From an uncultured Eubacteriales bacterium (GTDB taxonomy: Bacteria; Bacillota; Clostridia; Christensenellales; CAG-138), in the NCBI GenBank assembly GCA_902787375.1, contig CADAGD010000018.1, forward strand, positions 9,022 through 73,021: a stretch of DNA of 64,000 bases, read 5' to 3'. Shown in pieces: positions 19,431-27,412 of the stretch; position 1 is the first letter of the stretch; the number at the start of each line of letters is the position of its first letter. A program made the position numbers and the translations under genes. Below the pieces are notes generated by a model that did no database searches, was not told the DNA's origin, and was given only the letters and a program-made list of their open reading frames with translations.

Positions 19431-20216
19431 TCAATCGCCATCGCCGAACGTGATAAAGTATCTGAAACCGCTCTTTGATACTATTATGCGTCCCCTGTTT
19501 TCATAGGTTCTAGTGCGTCCGTCCCTCATATTGACGGGTACGGCAATGACCGTCCTTTCCCTGCCGCTTATAAACACCCTGCCGACAAGCTCCTCCTCTC
19601 CGCTCTTTTGCTTCCATGAGGAGCCGGGGAATGTTTTCGGGAAGGGGTTTTCGACATTTTTATAATCGTCCGCAGGCTTTTTCTCCGCCGCAATATCCTC
19701 CGAGGCTTTATCCTCCGAAGCTTCAATACCCGCTTCCGTTCCGCTCAGCATATTAAAAAGCATTCTCGCCTGCGCCAGTATGCCCTCCGTGACGTCGGAT
19801 GTATGCTTTACACTCGGCGTCGGCGGAAGCTTCTGTCTTGCGTTGCCGTTCGTGTCGGCATCGTGTTCGGGCATACGCTCAGTTGTGCCCTTCGCGGAGT
19901 ATTCCGCCGCCCTTATGCGAATCTCATCCAGAATTCCCGCACGGTTTTGCCTGCAAGCTCCTGTGAAACCGCTTGCAATGAGTTTGCCCTCCTTCGCAAG
20001 AGCCATGGCGCATATGCCCGTCTGGGGAATATCCAGCGTACCGTCATATGACTCTGTTCTCAGTATCCCGTTACTGCCAACGGTGAACACGCTCAGCCCG
20101 TGCAAATCACCTCGAAGCTTCAGGCTGACGTTCGTTATGCCGCCGCTCTCTTTAAGCAGCGCGCCTCCCCTTTGAGTTCCGGAAAGCATTATTCTTGTTA
20201 TTATCTCGTTTGCCAT
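19431..20216 (-). CDS. Hypothetical protein
   Basis: 261-aa ORF with host-like composition and an acidic low-complexity middle. I recognise no motif. Confidence 0.55.
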   Translation of the reverse strand: MANEIITRIMLSGTQRGGALLKESGGITNVSLKLRGDLHGLSVFTVGSNGILRTESYDGTLDIPQTGICAMALAKEGKLIASGFTGACRQNRAGILDEIRIRAAEYSAKGTTERMPEHDADTNGNARQKLPPTPSVKHTSDVTEGILAQARMLFNMLSGTEAGIEASEDKASEDIAAEKKPADDYKNVENPFPKTFPGSSWKQKSGEEELVGRVFISGRERTVIAVPVNMRDGRTRTYENRGRIIVSKSGFRYFITFGDGD

Positions 20217-20348
20217 ATTACATTATATGTGCAATACGGCAAATACGCCCATGCGCGGCATTATATATACATAATCAAAGGCACTTTATTTTTGGAGCGA
20301 TTTCTGCTATACTGTTTACAGCAATCATCTGTTTGGGGGTGAGTTTAA

Positions 20349-20882
20349 ATGAAGGACGGCACAGCGGACTCCATAATAAACGCCGCATCGGAACTGTTTT
20401 CCGAGCTAGGGGTATGGGGAACCAGTCTTGGGGATATAGCCAAAGCAGTCGGCATAAGCAAGGGAACGCTTTACTATCACTATCCTGCCAAGCAGGATAT
20501 AGTGGAAATCGTTTCAACACGCTGTATAAGCGATATAGGCGACCGCATACTGGGATGGATCGACGGCATAAGCGGAGATTCCGAGCCGCGCAGGGCATTA
20601 TCTGAGCTGTGTGAAGCTCTGTTGGGGGAGGCAGGTCTGCGTCTTTTCATCTCGATCTACAATGCCGCGGAGCCTGAGGGCGATATGGAAGCCTCCATCG
20701 ACCGTGCCATGAGCGAATGGAACGTGATGTTGGATGTCGGTGCGCTGCGTATGCGGGCGGGAGCCGCCGCGAAGATGAAGCGGATAGCGCCTGCGATAAT
20801 ACCGTTCCTCTGCGGTCTTGCCGCCCTTAACGCGGACATGGACTATGCAAAGGCGGCATTCACCGCGTTTGTTCTCGGATGA
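20349..20882 (+). CDS. TetR/AcrR family transcriptional regulator
   Basis: N-terminal HTH AASELFSELGVWGTSLGDIAKAVGISKGTLYYHYPAKQDIV. Confidence 0.85.
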   Translation: MKDGTADSIINAASELFSELGVWGTSLGDIAKAVGISKGTLYYHYPAKQDIVEIVSTRCISDIGDRILGWIDGISGDSEPRRALSELCEALLGEAGLRLFISIYNAAEPEGDMEASIDRAMSEWNVMLDVGALRMRAGAAAKMKRIAPAIIPFLCGLAALNADMDYAKAAFTAFVLG

Positions 20883-20931
20883 GCGGGTATCCGAAATGCG
20901 GCACATCAAAAGCCACCGTCCTAAACCGAAC

Positions 20932-20970
20932 CGGAATAAAAAAGCGGAATAAAAAACCCGAATAAAAAAG
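20932..20970 (+). repeat. Three tandem 13-nt A-tract units
   Basis: CGGAATAAAAAAG / CGGAATAAAAAAC / CCGAATAAAAAAG, immediately upstream of the promoter at 20994. Confidence 0.8.
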
Positions 20971-20993
20971 ATGCAATAAGTTTAAAAATATGG

Positions 20994-21022
20994 TTGACAA
21001 TATTTAGCAAATAGATTAAAAT
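20994..21022 (+). promoter_or_regulatory. Sigma-A-type promoter with A-tract UP-like repeats
   Basis: TTGACA, 17 nt, TAAAAT, preceded by three tandem 13-nt A-tract units (20932-20970). Confidence 0.55.
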
Positions 21023-21512
21023 AATATAGAAAACAAAATAACGCGGCAGTCGGGAAGATGCGGCAACATCCTCCCGACCTGCATATGTGAACCACCCACA
21101 TACACAACGGGTCTATTGCCCGTACACGCATTCATATTATACGGAAATTTCTCCTCATTTTCAAGCCCCTTTTGGGTGCAGCGGAGGCTTTCCGATGTGC
21201 GCGAGGCTGTGTATGTAAGGTACATGGCTGTTTTTGTTTTCCGAAAGTCCTTGGGGGCGGGAAAACCTGCCCCAAGGAACCGCTTTCGGGCTGCGCGCTT
21301 CGGAAGGCTTTTCTGTTACCCTTTAACACAATATATTATCGGCACTCCAAACCCATCAATACTCAAAAAGGGGGAACTATATTGAAACAATATTCAATCA
21401 ATAATCTTAGAAAACTGTTATTAATATAATAGGCATTAGATAGATCAGTCATTTGGAGTGCAGAAGCTGAACGGGATTAACAGCAATTTGCTTTTTGGAA
21501 CGTTGCCCCCTG

Positions 21513-21540
21513 AAAACCACATAGTGGTTTTGCTTTATAG
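21513..21540 (+). terminator. Terminator/attenuator-like hairpin about 45 nt upstream of the mosaic gene
   Basis: AAAACCAC-ata-GTGGTTTT followed by GCTTTAT. Confidence 0.4.
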
Positions 21541-21586
21541 TTCACAAATTACACCAAATTAAGATGCTGTAAAGGAGGACAATACA

Positions 21587-24500
21587 ATGAAAAAAACACT
21601 TATTAAACTAATGTCATTGATACTTGTAGTATCGTTTTTGACAATTTCAGTACCTATCGGAGCTTCCGATATTGTTAGTACTAACTGTGAAAAAACTCAA
21701 GCAACAAAGACGCAATCTCACTACAATAACTTTTCTAGTAATTATACTTTAACCGGAAATGGTGCAACAGACATGGTTGCTATAGCACTTGCTCAGGAAG
21801 GAAAGACTGGTAATCAGCTTGGATATACTGAACAATGGTGCGCTGATTTTGTTTGTGACTGTGCTTGTCTTGCCGGACAAAGTGCGGCTATTCCATTTTA
21901 TGGTGCAGTTGCTGGATTAAGAAGTAGATTAATAAATGCGGGGGGAACTTACGTTACAGTTGGAACTGCACGTCCTGGCGATCTCTGTATTATTGATTGG
22001 AACGGAACCGGAAATAACAATCATATAGAAATAGTCTACTCGGCAAATGGCTCGACAATATCAACAATAGGTGGAAACTCTGGTTCTGCATCAAGTTTAT
22101 ATTCACGAAGCGTTAAAAAGCATAACCCATTAAGCAACTCAGTAATAACATGTATCATTCGACCCAACTATTCAGGTTCCTCAAATCCCGTTAATCCACA
22201 ACCAAATCCCAACCCTCAGCCAAGTGGAGATCAGCTTCCTGTAGGTTGTGTCGATAATGTATCAGGAAGTCCTGGGACAATCACGGTAGCAGGATGGGCA
22301 TTCGATCCTGATTGTTCAAGCATGAGTATAAAAATCCATGTATATTTTGATGGAACACATGTATATACACTTGATACAAATCATGATCGTTCAGATGTTC
22401 GTGCCGCTTTTTCAATAGATGGATTTCACGGCTTTGAAGGTAACCTTGCCACATCAAAAACCGGTTCTGTAAGCGTCAAAATTTATGCTATTGGCGTTGA
22501 TTGTAACGGACATGACCAACAGGGCAATACACTGCTGTATGAGGGTAGTGTTAGCGTAAGCGCAAGTCCTGAGCCCCCATCTAACTACTATCATCTTGAC
22601 GTAAATGGTGTTCTTGACGGAAAACTATCTCCTAATCTTGGTTCATATGGCACCGTAGATATATATATAAACGGTGAGCTTGTAGCTGCAGATGCAACAG
22701 ATTTTTACCAAACTTATCCTAGTGGAACAATCTATGAGGTGAAGCAGCCTGATCCAAATTACGGATACTCCTTTTCCGGTATCGCAAACGGAAGCTTGAA
22801 AGGAACGATTAATGGCGAAACAGAAGTTCGGCTGAAGTTTGATTATAATAATCTCAGTGCAATCATTGAAACGCCTGAAGCCCACTATTACAACGGTCAT
22901 ACCTATTATCTGTTTACAACACCCTGCACATGGTATTATGCAAATGAATACTGCGTAGCCAACGGGGGACATCTTGTAACTATAACATCTGCCGGAGAAA
23001 ATGATTTTGTCAGAAATCTATTTTCAGGCATGCAAAGAATTTGGATAGGCGGAACCAACTGCAATCTGGACTCGAACTATGAATGGGTTACACGTGAATC
23101 CTTCTCGTTTACTGATTGGAGGGGCAGTCAGCCCGATAACTCTTTCAATTCAGGCGATTACGAACACTACATAGAGTATTATGCCGAATCGATGGAAGGT
23201 CATTGGAATGATGCCGTTGGCTTTATTAAGTCGCCTTTTGTCATGGAAATGGACGGCATTCCGGTTGGTTTAACCGAAGAAGTCAGCGGAGCTGATGGCA
23301 GAGTATATCTCAAAGGTTGGGCATACGATCCCGATTGCCCTTCTGCAAGCGTAAAAATGCATATTTATGTCAACGGCGATTATGCTGGTACTCTTATCGC
23401 AAATAAGCCAAGATCCGATGTAAATACTGCGCATGGAATTACCGGCAATCACGGTTTTGAAGGTTGGGTAAGAACCTCACGTACCGGTAGTCAGCCTATA
23501 CAGATTTTTATCATTGATCTAAATGCTAATGGTCAACCCGGTGACCAGATACCACCTCGTACATTGGAGGGTATTCATTTCACAACCATCAGTAACACAA
23601 CAAATCAATACTATTATGTTCGTTTTTTTGGAAAGGACAAGAGTGAAATACTTGATCATCAACTCGTATTAAAGGGTTCCTCTGCTACTCCTCCGCAAAC
23701 ACCGAGAATTGAAGGATTTGTTTTTTCGCATTGGAGTGAAAGCTACACAAACATAACAGCAGATAAAGAAATAGTTGCGATATACGAGCAAGAACCTACT
23801 CCAACGGAATGTCCTACGGCAACTCCTACTGTGGCTCCTACCGCAACTCCTACTGTGGCTCCTACTGTAGCTCCTACACCTACTCCAACAACTGCTCCTA
23901 CAGCAACCCCAAATCCGATTCCGGAGAACGAACCCAAAATCGTAGTCAGTAGTCCAACTGCAGTAACAGGCAATACAGTTACCGCAACCGTAAGTATCGA
24001 AAACAACCCCGGCTTTATTAACATGAAGCTTCACCTGAGATATGATCCTCTCCTTACTCTTGTTTCGGTTGAAAATACTGGACTAATTCCCGGATTTGAG
24101 GGTTCTTCTGATATAGCCAACCCATACCTGCTTGTCTGGAATAACGATACTACTGCGACAAGTAATATTATGTCGAACGGAACTATCGCTGTGCTGACAT
24201 TCGCTGTACCTGATGGTACCGAAGCGGGGGATTATGCAATTACCATAGATTATAATGTTATCGATGATGATATACATGATTATAATCTTGACACGGTTGA
24301 GTTCTTCATAGTCAACGGTCATATTCATGTCATCGATGTACTTCTTGGTGATGTCAATTCTGATGGCAGAGTTACCACAATAGACAGAGCAATCCTTGCG
24401 CGTTATCTTGCAGGCTGGGCAAACTATCCTTCTTCTATGATAAACTTTGTTGCTGCCGACGTTAATCTTGATGGCAAGGTCACAACAAAAGATCGTGCAA

Positions 24501-25198
24501 TACTTGCTCGACATCTTGCCTGTTGGACAGGGTATGAAGAACTTCCGCATCTGGACAAAGGTATTCATGTTCAAAGAGCCCTGATACAAGAAGGAGAGCC
24601 GACAATTATCGTCGGAACAGTTGAAGGACATCCCGGCGACATTGTTACTGTGCCTGTTAGTATTCAAGATAATCCCGGTTTCATTGATATGAAGCTCAAA
24701 CTCAGCTTCGATCCTGCACTAACACTTATTGAGGTACAAGATACAGGTATTCTTCCGGGCAAGGAACACTCTAACACTCTCGGCAATCCTTATATTCTTG
24801 TTTGGAACAACGATATCACGGCAAACGATGATCTCTATGTGGATGGAGTAATAGTCAATCTGGTATTCCAGATTTCCGAAAATGCTGAAGCAGGTGAGTA
24901 TTACGTCAACATCTCCTATGACAATAGTCAAGAAGAGATACTTGATTATAATCTCAATACTGTAGAATTCGCTGTTGTAAACGGCACAGTTGCCACTAAT
25001 ATAGGTATCCTTGGTGATGCCAACGGCGACGGCGAATTTACATTCAATGATGTAACAGTTCTATACTTCTACCTGCTCAACGGCAATGTGACAGAGATTA
25101 CGCCTAAGAGTTTGACAAATGCCGATCTGAATCACGATGGAGTTGTGAGTGTATCAGACATAACCCTTATGTATAACCGTCTTCTTGGCGGAAAATAA
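21587..25198 (+). CDS. Secreted mosaic protein with CHAP amidase, two GW/RSDV beta-repeats, C-type lectin domain, InlB-B-like repeat, PT linker, then cohesin, dockerin, cohesin, dockerin
   Basis: 1,203 aa with AAGGAGG upstream and a signal peptide. The CHAP domain shows Cys in EQWCADFV (codon 21839-21841) and His in NNHIEIV. The CTLD reads CVANGGHLVTITS...WIGG...QPD (23129-23137)...WND (23204-23212). The two cohesins read NPGFINMKL.../NPGFIDMKL.... The two dockerins are duplicated EF-hand pairs (DVNSDGRVTTIDRA...DVNLDGKVTTKDRA; DANGDGEFTFNDV...DLNHDGVVSVSDI). Confidence 0.9.
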   Translation: MKKTLIKLMSLILVVSFLTISVPIGASDIVSTNCEKTQATKTQSHYNNFSSNYTLTGNGATDMVAIALAQEGKTGNQLGYTEQWCADFVCDCACLAGQSAAIPFYGAVAGLRSRLINAGGTYVTVGTARPGDLCIIDWNGTGNNNHIEIVYSANGSTISTIGGNSGSASSLYSRSVKKHNPLSNSVITCIIRPNYSGSSNPVNPQPNPNPQPSGDQLPVGCVDNVSGSPGTITVAGWAFDPDCSSMSIKIHVYFDGTHVYTLDTNHDRSDVRAAFSIDGFHGFEGNLATSKTGSVSVKIYAIGVDCNGHDQQGNTLLYEGSVSVSASPEPPSNYYHLDVNGVLDGKLSPNLGSYGTVDIYINGELVAADATDFYQTYPSGTIYEVKQPDPNYGYSFSGIANGSLKGTINGETEVRLKFDYNNLSAIIETPEAHYYNGHTYYLFTTPCTWYYANEYCVANGGHLVTITSAGENDFVRNLFSGMQRIWIGGTNCNLDSNYEWVTRESFSFTDWRGSQPDNSFNSGDYEHYIEYYAESMEGHWNDAVGFIKSPFVMEMDGIPVGLTEEVSGADGRVYLKGWAYDPDCPSASVKMHIYVNGDYAGTLIANKPRSDVNTAHGITGNHGFEGWVRTSRTGSQPIQIFIIDLNANGQPGDQIPPRTLEGIHFTTISNTTNQYYYVRFFGKDKSEILDHQLVLKGSSATPPQTPRIEGFVFSHWSESYTNITADKEIVAIYEQEPTPTECPTATPTVAPTATPTVAPTVAPTPTPTTAPTATPNPIPENEPKIVVSSPTAVTGNTVTATVSIENNPGFINMKLHLRYDPLLTLVSVENTGLIPGFEGSSDIANPYLLVWNNDTTATSNIMSNGTIAVLTFAVPDGTEAGDYAITIDYNVIDDDIHDYNLDTVEFFIVNGHIHVIDVLLGDVNSDGRVTTIDRAILARYLAGWANYPSSMINFVAADVNLDGKVTTKDRAILARHLACWTGYEELPHLDKGIHVQRALIQEGEPTIIVGTVEGHPGDIVTVPVSIQDNPGFIDMKLKLSFDPALTLIEVQDTGILPGKEHSNTLGNPYILVWNNDITANDDLYVDGVIVNLVFQISENAEAGEYYVNISYDNSQEEILDYNLNTVEFAVVNGTVATNIGILGDANGDGEFTFNDVTVLYFYLLNGNVTEITPKSLTNADLNHDGVVSVSDITLMYNRLLGGK

Positions 25199-25234
25199 TT
25201 CTTAGCATCAAATAAACGTCGTTTATCCGTGTTC

Positions 25235-25270
25235 TGCCTCCCTTTTTTCACAGGGGAGGCATTTTGTTTG
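25235..25270 (+). terminator. Intrinsic terminator after the mosaic gene
   Basis: TGCCTCCC...GGGAGGCA stem followed by TTTTGTTTG. Confidence 0.7.
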
Positions 25271-25300
25271 TCTGCCTTCCTGCCTGATTTGCAACATAAA

Positions 25301-25328
25301 GGGACGGTCTATTCGCACAGACCGTCCC
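25301..25328 (-). terminator. Intrinsic terminator after the M42 gene trio
   Basis: The 10-bp stem GGGACGGTCT/AGACCGTCCC is followed on the minus strand by TTTATGTT. Confidence 0.65.
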
Positions 25329-25352
25329 CTATTGTAATTTGCTTTTTCGCTA

Positions 25353-26363
25353 TCAGCTCAGCGGAAGCTCCTCACTTTCCGCAAGAGCGCGGACGAACCT
25401 GACCGCCTCGGCGCAATCATCCAGATCCGCCATTTCGACGGGGGAATGGATATAGCGGGTGACTATGGAAACGCAGCCCGAAGCGACGCCGCCCCTTGCT
25501 GACTGAATGGCTCCGCTGTCGGTTCCGCCCGCCTTTAGTATTTCATTCTGGGTCTTGATGCCGTTATCATTTGCGACCTTGCGCATGAAGTCGATAACGG
25601 GCTTTGTGAACACCGCCGACCTATCCATGTATTTTATCGTCGCGCCCTCGCCCATCTTCATGGGAAGGGGCATACATTCGGGGGTATCCGCCGACATTGT
25701 GACGTCCATATTTATCGAGAAATCCGGGGCGATCGAGTATGCCGCGGCGGTCGCTCCGCGAAGCCCGACCTCCTCCTGCGTGGTGAAGCACACGCATATC
25801 TCATGCGGGGATTTCATATCCTTCATCGCCTCAATGAGTATGGCGCAGCATATCCTGTCGTCGAGCGCACCGCAGGCGACGCGGTTCCCCATATCGACAA
25901 AATGCGGGGCGTATGTGCATATATCGCCTATGCTGACATGCCCTTCCGCCTTCTCGCGGCTGTCACAGCCTATATCAATGAACATCTGCGCAAGCGTCGG
26001 CTTGCCGTCCGTGACGGTCTTCTGCTCATAATACGTCACGCCCCTGACGCCGTTCTCGAATACGACCTCGCGGCAGGCGGTTATAGCGGGATTTATTCCT
26101 CCGACCGGAGCAAACCTCAAAAAGCCCTTCTCGTCAATGTCGGTGACGATCAGCCCTATCTGATCCATATGCGCCGAGAGCATCACGCGCTTGCCGCTCG
26201 TACCCTTTTTCGTGCATATGAGATTGCCCATGGCGTCCCTTCGTATCTCATCCACATACGGGGATATGCGTTTTTCTATAAAATCGGCAATCCTTTCCTC
26301 ACGTCCCGTGGGGCCGTAAACCTCCGTTATCTCACGAATCAGCTCTTTTAATTCATTACTCAT
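25353..26363 (-). CDS. M42 family metallo-aminopeptidase (TET/FrvX/CelM-like), paralog 1
   Basis: Motifs HMDQIG, LDDRICC and TTQEEVGLRGA. GAGGTG lies 5 nt upstream of ATG 26363, and the start overlaps the stop of paralog 2 (ATGA). Confidence 0.85.
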   Translation of the reverse strand: MSNELKELIREITEVYGPTGREERIADFIEKRISPYVDEIRRDAMGNLICTKKGTSGKRVMLSAHMDQIGLIVTDIDEKGFLRFAPVGGINPAITACREVVFENGVRGVTYYEQKTVTDGKPTLAQMFIDIGCDSREKAEGHVSIGDICTYAPHFVDMGNRVACGALDDRICCAILIEAMKDMKSPHEICVCFTTQEEVGLRGATAAAYSIAPDFSINMDVTMSADTPECMPLPMKMGEGATIKYMDRSAVFTKPVIDFMRKVANDNGIKTQNEILKAGGTDSGAIQSARGGVASGCVSIVTRYIHSPVEMADLDDCAEAVRFVRALAESEELPLS

Positions 26364-27412
26364 TTTAACACCTCGCAAAACTTTTTGTCCTCAAGGAAAT
26401 AATCGGCAAGCAGCAGCATGTTTTTGAAATCCTCCCATGAAGCAACGCTTGTCGCGGAGTGGATATACCTGCACGGAAGCGATATGCCCCCTGCGATACA
26501 CCCGCCCATGTCGATATGCACGCGGCCTATGTCCGTCCTTCCGTTCGTGCCTTGGCGCATCTGGAACGGTATCCCATGCTCCTGCGCCGTGCTTCTCAGA
26601 GCGTCGAACATCTTGGGACGCACGACCGTTCCTCCGTCCATGAACGTGATTGCCGGCCCTCTGCCCACTCTTGTAACGGACTCATGCCCCTTCGCTTCGG
26701 GCATGTCGTTCGCCGTCGTTCCCTCAAAATTCAGCGCAATATCTGGCTTTACATGGTCGGCAACAAGATTGGCTCCCCGTAGGCCCGCCTCCTCCTGCAC
26801 GGTAAAGCAGGCGTAAATATCGCAGTCATAATCCTGCTTCAAAAGCTCTATCAGTATGGCGCATCCGACCCTGTCGTCAAGTGCCTTGCCCATGAACATT
26901 CCGTCTCCGAACTCGGAAAACTTCGTCGTGAAGCAGGCATAATCGCCCACCTTGACATATTTCTTCGCTTCATCGGCATCCTTCGCGCCAATATCTATCG
27001 TGAGCCTCTTATGCGGCACGCTCGACGCAAAGTCTTCCTCACTTTGGAGGTGTATGGGCTTTGTGCCGACCACTCCCGGCACGCCGTCCCTGCCGACCGC
27101 TACACGGCGTCCCGGCATTACGCGGCAGTCTATGCCCGCAGGAGAATATTCGAGCTCGCCGTCGCTGCGTATGTTGTTTATCAGCATACCGACCTCGTCC
27201 ATATGCGCCATCAGCGCGACCTTGGGCTTCCCCTCCTTCTTCTTTCTCGCATAGAGGTTGCCCATCGTATCGGTATAGACCTCGTCACAAAGAGGCGTCA
27301 CAGCCTCCCTTATGAATCTGCGCACCTCTCCCTCGTCGCCGCTCACGCCGCGTATGTTTGACAGCTTCTCAAGGCAGGTATCCGCAAGCTTTATGTCCAT
27401 CAGTCGAGGCAT
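26360..27412 (-). CDS. M42 family metallo-aminopeptidase, paralog 2
   Basis: Motifs HMDEVG, LDDRVGC and TVQEEAGLRGA. GGAGGG lies 7 nt upstream of ATG 27412. Confidence 0.85.
   Translation of the reverse strand: MPRLMDIKLADTCLEKLSNIRGVSGDEGEVRRFIREAVTPLCDEVYTDTMGNLYARKKKEGKPKVALMAHMDEVGMLINNIRSDGELEYSPAGIDCRVMPGRRVAVGRDGVPGVVGTKPIHLQSEEDFASSVPHKRLTIDIGAKDADEAKKYVKVGDYACFTTKFSEFGDGMFMGKALDDRVGCAILIELLKQDYDCDIYACFTVQEEAGLRGANLVADHVKPDIALNFEGTTANDMPEAKGHESVTRVGRGPAITFMDGGTVVRPKMFDALRSTAQEHGIPFQMRQGTNGRTDIGRVHIDMGGCIAGGISLPCRYIHSATSVASWEDFKNMLLLADYFLEDKKFCEVLK

Noticed and set aside
21023-21586. Known ncRNA classes in the long leader: ydaO/c-di-AMP riboswitch because of the CHAP gene, RNase P because of a GAAAGTCC string, tmRNA and SRP RNA
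   Set aside because: The ydaO conserved blocks (e.g. the GCTAACC...CGTAAGC type) are absent. The length and remaining motifs do not fit RNase P. There is no tmRNA tag/acceptor or SRP domain IV sequence. The region is kept only as an unclassified structured leader.
18330-23255. Diversity-generating retroelement idea, based on the Avd-like four-helix-bundle gene plus a C-type-lectin-containing target
   Set aside because: There is no reverse transcriptase in the window and I could not see a TR/VR repeat pair. The lectin is a canonical QPD/WND CTLD, not the DGR-type CLec variable fold, and the two genes are 3 kb apart on opposite strands.
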